A stretch of DNA of 64,000 nucleotides from Methanomicrobiales archaeon (GCA_037137755.1 JBAXJR010000004.1:1-64000); one strand, 5' to 3'; numbered from the stretch's first letter, positions 1-9,385 are shown. Notes: generated by a model from the letters alone, not told the origin. Made by a program: numbers and translations.

Positions 1-91
1 GGGTTAAGGTACCGTTTATTGCAGTTGTTCGAACTTAAAAAGAGGGTAATGGGAACGAGGATTCAATAAAAAGGGATGGATCGGGATTACC

Positions 92-883
92 TTATAAATT
101 AAGAATGGTTACGGTATAAGTATTGATCACAGTCCGATCAACATTTTTAAGTTTCAACGTTGCCGGTTTCGATACCGAATCTAACGGGCCTAAAGGAAAA
201 ACTTGGGGATTATTGAAATAATTATACCATGCGGTTGAATATCCATCCCCCAAATCTTTATATTCAATTGTCACGTCGCCAGACCCCAGTTCAATCGGAG
301 TTCCCGCCGTGATATTCATTTGGACGGTTCTAATTCCACCCGATGTGCTCATCAAGTAGTCAGAAGTTATATTTACGATTGATATTACGAGTGTCCGCTT
401 ATTTGACTGATTGGTATCGAGGAACCACCTGGGCTCAGAGAGCATGGTTGATCCATCTGTCTGACTAAACCCGTTTGTTACCACGGCACCGTTTTGTAAA
501 CCGATGATGTTAGCGTCCGAAGTGGAATTGAATTGGAGTAACCCAGTAGAATAAGTACGTGGGGTCACACCCACTGTGATGACAAAATTAGATTTTGATG
601 GGCCTGGATTGGTATTAACTACGCTAAGTGTCCCCCCACTTATCTGCATCGTGGTTTCCGTATAGGGGACATTCCTGTATGCCAGGCCTTTCATATCATT
701 CTGGAGAACAATCATATTCTTCTCCATATTTTTGACATTCGCATTTTGCTGTTGCTGGAGGAGGACTGGATAACCATAGAGGGTAACAAGTCCAATCCCT
801 GTAATGACAATGCCAAGGATAAGGACAAAACCAATCGTTTCTGATACCCCGGTATTATTGAAAATTGACATGTTACTTTTCAT
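92..883 (-). CDS. Pilin-like protein with class III signal peptide (DUF7289-like)
   Basis: N-terminus NNTG/VSETIGFVLILGIVITGIGLV (short polar leader, Gly, hydrophobic helix); ATGA overlap with the upstream gene; last gene of a 5-gene operon. Confidence 0.75.
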   Translation of the reverse strand: MKSNMSIFNNTGVSETIGFVLILGIVITGIGLVTLYGYPVLLQQQQNANVKNMEKNMIVLQNDMKGLAYRNVPYTETTMQISGGTLSVVNTNPGPSKSNFVITVGVTPRTYSTGLLQFNSTSDANIIGLQNGAVVTNGFSQTDGSTMLSEPRWFLDTNQSNKRTLVISIVNITSDYLMSTSGGIRTVQMNITAGTPIELGSGDVTIEYKDLGDGYSTAWYNYFNNPQVFPLGPLDSVSKPATLKLKNVDRTVINTYTVTILNL

Positions 884-1356
884 ACCTCCCTGTCTGAATA
901 GTAACTCAACCGATTCAATCCCGATCCGGTCGTGTTCCCCTTAATGCCTAGTGTTGCACCAATACCAGATAGCGATGTTTTATGTTTAATACTGTCTGCT
1001 TCCACCGTTATCATTTCGCTTTCATTTATCCCTTCAATCCTTACATTGTAACTTCGCCCTGCCACAGAATCCGGGATGTCAAAATTCGACGTTATATTAC
1101 CAACAGGAGGGGCGATGATGTATATATCGACAATTCGTGTACTTATCCCGTTCCCGATATCAACAAATGCATCATCTCTTACCCGGTTCATCGGTTGCTC
1201 AACAAAAAATGAGTTCATCATTAACATGGTAATAATCATCACCGTTACAAGCACCCCGCTGATCATCAGGTATTCAATGGAAGTCGACACCCCTATGTCA
1301 TCAATCCTGTGTTGTTTTTTTGCATTATGTCTGATTGACGAAGACCATCGTTTCAT
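880..1356 (-). CDS. Pilin-like protein with class III signal peptide (DUF7266-like)
   Basis: DDIG/VSTSIEYLMISGVLVTVMII; start uncertain (see A7 tract finding). Confidence 0.72.
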   Translation of the reverse strand: MKRWSSSIRHNAKKQHRIDDIGVSTSIEYLMISGVLVTVMIITMLMMNSFFVEQPMNRVRDDAFVDIGNGISTRIVDIYIIAPPVGNITSNFDIPDSVAGRSYNVRIEGINESEMITVEADSIKHKTSLSGIGATLGIKGNTTGSGLNRLSYYSDREV

Positions 1357-1705
1357 TATACGCCGTCACTCCATTGTTGTAATGAACAGAAATATTTAGC
1401 AAACCTGGGCCATCCACTGGTTTGATATTTACTATTGCATGTTTTCGCAGTAAATATAATCTCTCAATATCAGGGGTACCGGCATTTATTACCGTTTTGG
1501 CGTTTAGCGGGTCGCTTTCGACAGTTCGGAGCATTTCGCCACGCAACCCCTGGATATCTGATTTGGAAAAGTCCAACACGCTTTCGGCAGTGGTCTGCCC
1601 AACAAGTACTGATTCGTTGATGATAACCGCAAGTGAGAACATACCGACGCAGACGATCAATCCAAGCAGTATGAGCCACTGGGCCTCGTCATTCAGGCTC
1701 GCCAT
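1325..1705 (-). CDS. Small pilin-like protein with class III signal peptide
   Basis: NDEA/QWLILLGLIVCVGMFSLAVII; GAGGTGA Shine-Dalgarno upstream. Confidence 0.7.
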   Translation of the reverse strand: MASLNDEAQWLILLGLIVCVGMFSLAVIINESVLVGQTTAESVLDFSKSDIQGLRGEMLRTVESDPLNAKTVINAGTPDIERLYLLRKHAIVNIKPVDGPGLLNISVHYNNGVTAYNETMVFVNQT

Positions 1706-2244
1706 AAGGTCACCTCAATTAAAACGTAACGTCTGTCGTTGGCTATGAAAGGGGGTATGGTTAATGGAGGATTGCCTGATGCAGGGACCGTGACCAGGAC
1801 AAGTCTCGAAACCGTTACGGCATGTTCCCTGCCGGTCATCATCTGGCCGGACGAGTTAAAGGGCACAGAGCCGACCACTGACCCCGTGCTGTATGTAACG
1901 TTTGCAGTGAATTGAAGGTTGGTATCTGGTTGCCCGTTCGTCTTAGTCCTGATATAATTCGTAAGGTTCGACCGGAAATACTGATCTCCAAATCCTGTAT
2001 CATTCTCAATATACTTGGAGAGGTTGCTTTTAAAAGGAAGGAATGTCGGTGAAGGTGCTGAATCGGGTGTATCCATCATTGTGAGTGCGTCATTCCCAAG
2101 TTGCTCGAGCTGCAAATCAACAACGTGTGCCCCTCCGGGTGTGAAAAGCGTAGTAGTACTCAGAATAATGTAGGCAGTGACGATCATGAGAATTGCAGCT
2201 GAAAGTCCTTCAATGGTATACAGCTGGCCTGAATCGTTCACCAT
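1693..2244 (-). CDS. Pilin-like protein with class III signal peptide (DUF7288-like)
   Basis: MVNDSG/QLYTIEGLSAAILMIV; start moved to ATG 2244, which follows GGAGGTGA. Confidence 0.75.
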   Translation of the reverse strand: MVNDSGQLYTIEGLSAAILMIVTAYIILSTTTLFTPGGAHVVDLQLEQLGNDALTMMDTPDSAPSPTFLPFKSNLSKYIENDTGFGDQYFRSNLTNYIRTKTNGQPDTNLQFTANVTYSTGSVVGSVPFNSSGQMMTGREHAVTVSRLVLVTVPASGNPPLTIPPFIANDRRYVLIEVTLWRA

Positions 2245-3269
2245 ATCTTCACCTCCAACACGGCAGGAATGAAACGGGGCCATGGCCAGTCCGGTTCATT
2301 TATATTACCTGGTCCAGGTGTAAAATTTGTTGTTGGTGTACTTCCACCCATTCCGTATCCGGGGCCTAAAAAGGTATACCTTATTTTAAAATTGCTTGAT
2401 TTACTTGCATAGGACTTAAAGAAACCTGGTTCTAATGTAAGATCAATCGTATTGACAACATCGTTCGGTGGGTGCTTCGAGGGGACTCCATCAATTGTTA
2501 CAAATTCATCGAGTGTTTGAATTGGGGCTGATTCTACGAGGCTGACTTGGCTAAGATGGGGAAGTCCAGATGCGTTCAGTGATGAAATGTTATTGATTCT
2601 GATAGTCACCGGGTCCTGCAATGGGTCAACAAGATAGGGAGCACTATAACTATAGAGTGCGGAGAAGTTCATTGGGATCTCATATGTTCCGCCAGCCACA
2701 GATGAGTTATGATAGTATGCATCGATATTGACAATGCCTGGCTCCCTTATTTTCACAACCCGGCGAATATAACCATACCCTTGGGGATCTCCAAGTGCAT
2801 TTGTTGCTGGAGGGTAACACGAACCCCCGATTTCACAAAGGCTTATATTATACCAATATGGTCTGTCCCCAAACATCAACCGACTTTGGTAATCATCTGA
2901 AACTGCGTTATTTCTGGTAGGAAAATATGTCTTGTTAAAAAACTTGGATACCTTTGATGACGAGAGGATATTAGGATAATTACGGGAAGCTCCGAGTGGA
3001 TCATCGGAATATGCAAGGCCGAATCTCAATATGTTGAACGTATGATCAATATCATTTAGTTCCCAGGATGTCTGGCTGTTCGCAGTATAACCTGGGTCTT
3101 CAACAAGGATCACACCCGTTCTATAGGCAATAGCATCATTATCGATAGTCCGGCTCTCTAGCCCGACAAAGTATCCGGAGATCATGGTGATGACGACAAT
3201 AAAGGCTATCATAAATATGGTAAACCCTGCGATAAAATCTATAGATAATAGTCCGGAATCGTTTCTCAT
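2238..3269 (-). CDS. Large pilin-like protein with class III signal peptide (DUF7287-like)
   Basis: MRNDSG/LLSIDFIAGFTIFMIAF; GAGGT before ATG; first gene of the operon. Confidence 0.75.
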   Translation of the reverse strand: MRNDSGLLSIDFIAGFTIFMIAFIVVITMISGYFVGLESRTIDNDAIAYRTGVILVEDPGYTANSQTSWELNDIDHTFNILRFGLAYSDDPLGASRNYPNILSSSKVSKFFNKTYFPTRNNAVSDDYQSRLMFGDRPYWYNISLCEIGGSCYPPATNALGDPQGYGYIRRVVKIREPGIVNIDAYYHNSSVAGGTYEIPMNFSALYSYSAPYLVDPLQDPVTIRINNISSLNASGLPHLSQVSLVESAPIQTLDEFVTIDGVPSKHPPNDVVNTIDLTLEPGFFKSYASKSSNFKIRYTFLGPGYGMGGSTPTTNFTPGPGNINEPDWPWPRFIPAVLEVKIW

Positions 3270-3509
3270 ACCTCAATTTTGGAATTAATGAGTTCTCACC
3301 AATCCCCGTCTCCAATAATGCCTTGTGATGCCTGATTATTAAAACGCTTTGATTCAGCAATAAATACCGCGCAAAGGTTAAATTTAGAACTACTCTAAAG
3401 GCAGATTACTTTCAATAGAAAAGGAAAACAGGTATTTGACAATCTTCACAAAATACCAGAAATGTTATAGCACCTACTTTTATCATGTGAAAAGTAATAC
3501 ATACCATTA

Positions 3510-6500
3510 ATGGTATACACTGCGGGGTCTCGGTCTCTATTAGGGGTAATTATCCTTCTCTTCCTACTGTCGTGCACGGCGGCGGCAATGGTCCCGGATA
3601 ATATCACCTTTAAATCTGAGGATAACTGGGTGGTGGCAAATGGGGCAGATAGTACCAGGCTAACGATAACCGTTTATAATCAGACCATACCGATGAATGA
3701 GACAAAAGTATCGTTCTTGGTAAATAGTTCGGAGTATGGAACTATCGAGTCGCCACAGGTTACCACAAAATTAGGGAAGGCAACAACCAATTTTACGACA
3801 GCATATAAATCGGGTACGGCCAGGATAACTGCAACCATATCGTACAGAACAAACGATACAGATTTATCCGAATTGGAAAAAACTGTTACATTGGATCAGA
3901 ATATTGATCACGATATAAAAATTACCTGTACCTATTTGTATAATTCCTCCGTAACTGTGGGGACTGGGACACCTATTACCTTTACATTCAGGGATCAGCA
4001 CGGGAATCCAATCGATAACCGGCGGAATGACGATACTCATGAAAGCCTTCCCCCCGAGCAGATGAAACTCGATGTGTCGCTACCCGATATGAGCCATGTA
4101 GACAGGGCCGGGTTCTGGGACGGTACACTCTATCATTTAAACTCGACGATAAACCTCGACCTGAATGGGACCGTTTCATCCATCCTATTTCTGGATACAA
4201 CGACGGGAACTCATTATCTGCATGCGACTCCCGCGAATTTCAAAGTTGCAGGATGGCAACCTGATGGTGCCACCTCATCGGATCACTTTTTCCTAATTCA
4301 TGGGATTGCCAATGGTGAACCGTGGTATTTAACACGGACCATTTTCCCATCGGTAAAGTGGGTTTATGCAGATGGTATACAGCATTTTACCATAGACTAT
4401 GTGTTGAAAGACCGATATGGCAACGGGTTAGAAAATTCAAGAATTGATGTGGATACCCTTGAAAGGATGGGTGGTGCTGAATCCAAATTCAATAGCTCGA
4501 TATATACGAACAGTGTGGGAGAAGCAACGGTCAGTTATGGTCCAAAACAGAAATTAACCTCCTGGGTTACATCCACAGCCGCTGGTAACATAAGTCTCAG
4601 GTATGTCGATGTTGTGGAATTTAAAAACACTACTCCTACGGATATGCTTCTTACTGCATCACCTCAAACACTTGCAAGTCGGGATGCAATAGCATGGTCA
4701 AATGCTACAGTATCTGCTAAAGTGATGGATTCACAAGGAGCAGGTACTTCTGGACAGACTGTGAACTTCACGCTGGTGACCCATAATTCATATCCTGCAG
4801 GTTCCATCATTACACAGTCTAAATTGAATGATGATTCTGGTGTGCATGATACATTGGCATCTGCAGTAACGGATGAAAATGGATATGCTACGATCGAATT
4901 CTACCCGGGATATTTCAACTCAAGTAAAAGCAAAGATTCCACCGAATATTCGGATGTTTATGCTGAATGGACAACACCGGATACAACAGATAAATTCAAT
5001 CTCTCCGTCAGGATATGGTGGAAGAATTATCCGTATTTAAGTGTGAGCACATCCATAAGTCCCACAACGGTAAATGTTACTGATACGGTTGATGTCACCA
5101 TCTATTTGAAAGGTGATGGTTATGCATTTACTCAGTTTAAACCGATTGACGTGATGTTATGTACGGATAGATCGGGGAGTATGCTCCAGAATACGACACA
5201 CCCACTAGATAGCATTAACAATGATGGTCATCATGTGAATGATTGGATTCCATCAAGTCAAAAAAATAATTTTTCGGCGGTTAAAAAAGAATCTACCGAT
5301 GATAGAATGGTACTTGCAATGCGTGCCCAGACGGCATTTGTCAAAAAAATGAATTCTGCACAAGATAAACTTGGACTGGTGACCTTTGGGACACAAACAG
5401 GAACTGTAAGTATTGCAAGTGCGGATGCGGATTATAAGCATTGGGCGGGTGCCGATTATGTCTGGGATTCTACTCATAGTGTATGGGTTGATGGAACTAC
5501 TGATGACGTCGCTTATATCTCCAAAAGTTATCCTGGGAATGGAATAGTATCATATTCCAACAATGGAAATCTCGATAAACCTTTAACGGGACTTTTCAGT
5601 GTCGGTCAAATGTGTGATGTCATAAATAAAACTGTTCCAGCTGGTGGAACACCTACAAGGGAAGGGATTTGGCGTGCTGTTAAGGAATTAAATTCCAAAT
5701 CCACAAATACAATACAGGCTGTTATCCTCCTTACAGACGGGGGGTGGAAAGATGGTGGAGACCCAAGAGGGTTGGTTGCTAAAGATTACACCGGGACAAC
5801 TCGGACTCTCACGAGTTTCACATCGGAAGGTGGACCTGCAGGTGGTGCAATAGATTCTAGTGGTAATAAGAGTGTCATTAAGTGGGCGGCTCAACATGGT
5901 ATAAAAATTTACACCATTGCCGTCGGGAATGAATCTTCAGTTACCCAACCTGAATTGCAGGCGTATGCGACTGAGACAAATGCAAAATTCTACAATGCAG
6001 CATCGGCAGATCAACTTGAGGGAATTTATGATGATATTGCGAAGGTATTGCAGGAAGAAGCGGGGGCTGATGTATATACAAATCTTACATTCGATGAGGT
6101 TAAGGTAGATACCATTATGGTCCCCGCTACGGACGAGTTCAGTTATGTCTCGTCGGACCAGTCTACAATGGTGAAGCAATTCCATGATAAAACCAGCATT
6201 TGGAATCAGAATCTTATCAATCAGAAAGCTGAGTGGGAAGCCGGATCAATGAATTTCAGTATTGGGAAAATGCTTGTTAATGACATCTGGCAGGCAACTT
6301 TCCGGTTAAGGGTGATCAATGAATCTGGTGGGAATATCAAAATATTCAGCCCGGACTATAAAGATTCATATATCAGTTTCGTAAATAATGGTGTTTTAAG
6401 TAAATTATATCTCCCTGATACCTATATTACCGCGAAAGCAGACCTGAAGAGCACCGGTATACAACAGGCAACTCTGGATTATGAATCATCCTCAGATCCC

Positions 6501-6833
6501 GTGACAGTGGTAACTAATGATAAACTCCGTTTTACATGGACCAGGAATTATACCGGGACGAAACAATTATTCGAATTGTACGAAGTATCTATCGATGGAA
6601 TGAACTGGTTGAAGATCGGTGAAAGAACATTATCCGGGGCTGATGCAAAGAATCCGAAAGGTGAATACATCCTTGATTTAACAAATCTCCCCTCAAATCT
6701 GGGTAGTTTGAAAACTGCCGGAGGAATCGAATTCAGGGTCACTGGAAGAGCACCAGATGTTGGTTCTCCTGAGTATTGGAAACCCCCACGTTTCATCCTT
6801 CAACAAGCACGAGGGAAGATTATCCTCGAATAA
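3510..6833 (+). CDS. Secreted Ig-like (Big_1/invasin-type) repeat plus von Willebrand A domain protein, putative adhesin
   Basis: Sec-type signal peptide; Big_1-like segments (ANGADSTRLTITV, ADGIQHFTIDYVLKDRYGN, TDENGYATIEF); MIDAS motif DRSGS, then GGTPT and ILLTDG; many NxS/T sequons. Confidence 0.85.
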   Translation: MVYTAGSRSLLGVIILLFLLSCTAAAMVPDNITFKSEDNWVVANGADSTRLTITVYNQTIPMNETKVSFLVNSSEYGTIESPQVTTKLGKATTNFTTAYKSGTARITATISYRTNDTDLSELEKTVTLDQNIDHDIKITCTYLYNSSVTVGTGTPITFTFRDQHGNPIDNRRNDDTHESLPPEQMKLDVSLPDMSHVDRAGFWDGTLYHLNSTINLDLNGTVSSILFLDTTTGTHYLHATPANFKVAGWQPDGATSSDHFFLIHGIANGEPWYLTRTIFPSVKWVYADGIQHFTIDYVLKDRYGNGLENSRIDVDTLERMGGAESKFNSSIYTNSVGEATVSYGPKQKLTSWVTSTAAGNISLRYVDVVEFKNTTPTDMLLTASPQTLASRDAIAWSNATVSAKVMDSQGAGTSGQTVNFTLVTHNSYPAGSIITQSKLNDDSGVHDTLASAVTDENGYATIEFYPGYFNSSKSKDSTEYSDVYAEWTTPDTTDKFNLSVRIWWKNYPYLSVSTSISPTTVNVTDTVDVTIYLKGDGYAFTQFKPIDVMLCTDRSGSMLQNTTHPLDSINNDGHHVNDWIPSSQKNNFSAVKKESTDDRMVLAMRAQTAFVKKMNSAQDKLGLVTFGTQTGTVSIASADADYKHWAGADYVWDSTHSVWVDGTTDDVAYISKSYPGNGIVSYSNNGNLDKPLTGLFSVGQMCDVINKTVPAGGTPTREGIWRAVKELNSKSTNTIQAVILLTDGGWKDGGDPRGLVAKDYTGTTRTLTSFTSEGGPAGGAIDSSGNKSVIKWAAQHGIKIYTIAVGNESSVTQPELQAYATETNAKFYNAASADQLEGIYDDIAKVLQEEAGADVYTNLTFDEVKVDTIMVPATDEFSYVSSDQSTMVKQFHDKTSIWNQNLINQKAEWEAGSMNFSIGKMLVNDIWQATFRLRVINESGGNIKIFSPDYKDSYISFVNNGVLSKLYLPDTYITAKADLKSTGIQQATLDYESSSDPVTVVTNDKLRFTWTRNYTGTKQLFELYEVSIDGMNWLKIGERTLSGADAKNPKGEYILDLTNLPSNLGSLKTAGGIEFRVTGRAPDVGSPEYWKPPRFILQQARGKIILE

Positions 6834-6874
6834 ATATTTTCTATTGAAATTTTTCGTAAAAGGGGAGTGATCTT

Positions 6875-7474
6875 TCACTCCGATCCTGACACGAACTCTC
6901 CTGAGTATGCATTAAATATGAACGTCTTCGATGTGGTCCCCGATTCAGATGAAATATAATAATATCCATCTCTGATCTCAACTCCATATTGTATATTATT
7001 AGGGTTCGAACCAACACCAGTTACCTTGGATTTCTGGAATTTGAATAAATCAACAGGCGGTATTATGTTATCCGTTTTGATCTCCTTTTCCGGGAGATCT
7101 CCATTCCAAATTCTTGTTGATTCACCATATGGTCCATATTCAAAAAAATAGTTTTGATTATTTACCCTCATCCCAATAATCCATTCACTTGCAAGTCCAT
7201 TGAGATCAACCCCCTGACCTTTAATGTACCGGATACTCGGTGTGGTTTTAGTGTCATTACTCAAATAAAAATATGAATTTGCTGATATTATTGCATCGGA
7301 AAATGAAATATTTCCCGGAATTTCCCTGTTAGTAATATCAGTGATCCCGATCCCTTGGGGGGTTTGTATAGTTGGTTGCTCAAGGAATCCGATACCACCC
7401 AGAAGAAGAAATCCGATCAAAACACCTGCTATCACAACGGGAATAAGGACCGCTGTCAATAATTTAATCTTCAC
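6875..7474 (-). CDS. Hypothetical membrane-anchored protein
   Basis: Likely GTG start at 7474 (MKIKLLTAVLIPVVIAGVLIGFLLLGG, one TM helix); C-terminal FNAYSGE resembles a PepSY-like end. The longer ORF call overlaps the GNAT gene. Confidence 0.65.
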   Translation of the reverse strand: MKIKLLTAVLIPVVIAGVLIGFLLLGGIGFLEQPTIQTPQGIGITDITNREIPGNISFSDAIISANSYFYLSNDTKTTPSIRYIKGQGVDLNGLASEWIIGMRVNNQNYFFEYGPYGESTRIWNGDLPEKEIKTDNIIPPVDLFKFQKSKVTGVGSNPNNIQYGVEIRDGYYYISSESGTTSKTFIFNAYSGEFVSGSE

Positions 7475-7562
7475 ACTAGTCCGTCTCGTCCTTAAGAACC
7501 TTAATACTAATGTTCGTGCGAAACCGGGATATTTATCACTCCTTCCCGACACAGGATCAATA

Positions 7563-8012
7563 ATGCCCAAAATGTCAACCCCCCCAATCACCCGCGAGCT
7601 TACCCATGCCGAATTCCCTCTCGTGAAAGAGGTATGGTACCACTACCACCAGCAGGAGGCCGATCCCACCGAAGACCGCATTTTCGGCACTTTTATAGAC
7701 GGGACGCTTGCCGCCGTCGCACGGTGCAGGCTTCATCCGGACGGGCACGAAGTCGATGGGGTCTTCACCCTGGAAGAGTTTCGCGGGCGTGGCCTTGCCC
7801 GGCTCGTCGTGCAGGCACTGATCGACGCCTGCGGGCATGAAGTGCTGTACATGCACTCGACCCTGCAACTCATCAGTTTCTACAAAACATTCGGCTTTGT
7901 GCCGATCCCCGAAGACCAGCTGCCGCAGATGATAAAGGACCGGTTCAACTTCTGCTTCGGTGAAATGGCCGGGTGCAACGTCTGCCCGATGCGGAGGGAG
8001 GCTGGGATTTGA
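7563..8012 (+). CDS. GNAT family N-acetyltransferase (copy 1, intact)
   Basis: Acetyl-CoA motif A VFTLEEFRGRGLAR and motif B FYKTFGF; ATG at 7563 or 7572. Confidence 0.85.
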   Translation: MPKMSTPPITRELTHAEFPLVKEVWYHYHQQEADPTEDRIFGTFIDGTLAAVARCRLHPDGHEVDGVFTLEEFRGRGLARLVVQALIDACGHEVLYMHSTLQLISFYKTFGFVPIPEDQLPQMIKDRFNFCFGEMAGCNVCPMRREAGI

Positions 8013-8082
8013 ATGGTATTGGTTGTGCCAGAATATAGTCAAAGAACAGAAAAAAAATTTCTGTTGTTCCGGCACGACGAGA

Positions 8083-8311
8083 TTATACGGTAACAGTTTC
8101 AATCCTCACCCGGCTGATAATGAACTCATCATCAAAACGGGACCCGTTCGTTATCCTCCCTTAAGCAGGCGATATGAAGCTCGATTGCGTCTTTGGTATT
8201 CGTAATCGTCTCCTCAACCGTCTCCCCCTGCGAGAAGCATCCAGAAAGCGCCGGAACTTCAGCACAGAATCCGCCTTCTTCAGCTTTGTGGATTATAATC
8301 GTATATTCCAA
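8083..8311 (-). pseudogene. hicB: HicB-family antitoxin, second copy, truncated by a 1-nt frameshift (not in ORF track)
   Basis: Manual translation from TTG 8311: MEYTIIIHKAEEGGFCAEVPALSGCFSQGETVEETITNTKDAIELHIACLREDNERVPF* (stop 8132-8134); removing one T continues DDEFIISRVRIETVTV* to 8083. Confidence 0.8.
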
Positions 8312-8350
8312 GGTACTGGCTCTATCAGGTTTAGAGATGAATGAGGATTC

Positions 8351-8575
8351 TCATAACGCGATCCATTCTTCCCGTGAAATCTCAATCTCCCTGATAATCT
8401 CGCGGATAAGTCCCACGCTGATATCATTACCTGAATGCATCGGGATCGGGATGAGCTTCTTCATTGTCATGTGGACCATCCTTTGATGCCTGCCTCCTGG
8501 GATAGGGCCAATAAAACCCAGTTTGCGAAGTTTTCTGATTACTTCATTTGTACTGAGTGGCGTCAGTCTCGACAT
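8351..8575 (-). CDS. hicA: HicA-family toxin (mRNA interferase)
   Basis: MSRLTPLSTNEVIRKLRKLGF..GGRHQRM..IPIPMH..DISVGLIREIIREIEISREEW; start moved to ATG 8575. Confidence 0.88.
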   Translation of the reverse strand: MSRLTPLSTNEVIRKLRKLGFIGPIPGGRHQRMVHMTMKKLIPIPMHSGNDISVGLIREIIREIEISREEWIAL

Positions 8576-8837
8576 ACTGGATAGTAATCCCCTTAATTGG
8601 TGGTATCTCAAAGCCGAGCTGAAGTGCGAGGAGGAGATTTCCTTCAATAACATCCCGTAAATTCTGTTCTGCCTCTTTTCGCGTATTCCCCTGTGCAAAA
8701 AATCCCGGGCATTCAGGTACCGTTCCAATAAAGATACCCTGGTCATCAGGATGATATTCTGCCCGTTTCAAAGCTTCTTCAACATAGCCAAGAAGGGGAA
8801 AGATCCGAACATTATGAATTGATGCCTGTGCAGACAC
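8544..8837 (-). CDS. hicB: HicB-family antitoxin
   Basis: GTVPECPGFFAQGNTRKEAEQNLRDVIE is the HicB N-domain signature; overlaps the hicA start. Confidence 0.85.
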   Translation of the reverse strand: MSAQASIHNVRIFPLLGYVEEALKRAEYHPDDQGIFIGTVPECPGFFAQGNTRKEAEQNLRDVIEGNLLLALQLGFEIPPIKGITIQYVETDATQYK

Positions 8838-8928
8838 GGTTACTCATTATAGTGTATGGTTATTTGTCCATATACATTCCCCTTCGAGCCACCATTAGGG
8901 GAATTGCACTTCATATCCCAGTCATATA

Positions 8929-9385
8929 ATGGATTCCTCTTTCCACAACCACAACCCCCCTGACCCGCGAACTCCCCCCCGCTGAATTCCCTCTCGTCAA
9001 AGAGGTCTGGTACCACTATCACCAGCAGGAGGCCAACCCCGAAGAAGACCGCATTTTCGGCACCTTTATCGACGGGACGCTTGTCGCCGTCGCACGGTGC
9101 AGACTTCACCCGGACGGGCATGAAGTCGACGGCGTCTTTACCCTTGAAGAATTCCGCGGGCGTGGCCTTGCCCGGCTCGTAGTGCAGGCATTGGTCGATG
9201 AATGCGGTCATGAAGAGCTGTACATGCACTCCACCCTGCAACTCATCAGCTTCTACAAGACATTCGGATTTGTACCCATCCCCGAGGACCAGCTGCCCAG
9301 GATGATCCGGGAACTGTTCCTCTTCTGCTTCGGCGAAATGGCTGGGTGCAACGTATGCCCCATGCGGAGGGAGGTGGGAGGGTGA
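8929..9385 (+). pseudogene. GNAT copy 2: body open, no in-frame canonical start at the 5' end
   Basis: Frame 8930-9385 is stop-free and reads LTRELPPAEFPLVKEVW...CPMRREVGG*; ATG 8929 is out of frame; in-frame TAA at 8927. Confidence 0.75.

Noticed and set aside
8576-8746. N-terminal extension of HicA in the 131-aa ORF call
   Set aside because: Overlaps hicB in another frame; the HicA fold starts at Met 8575.
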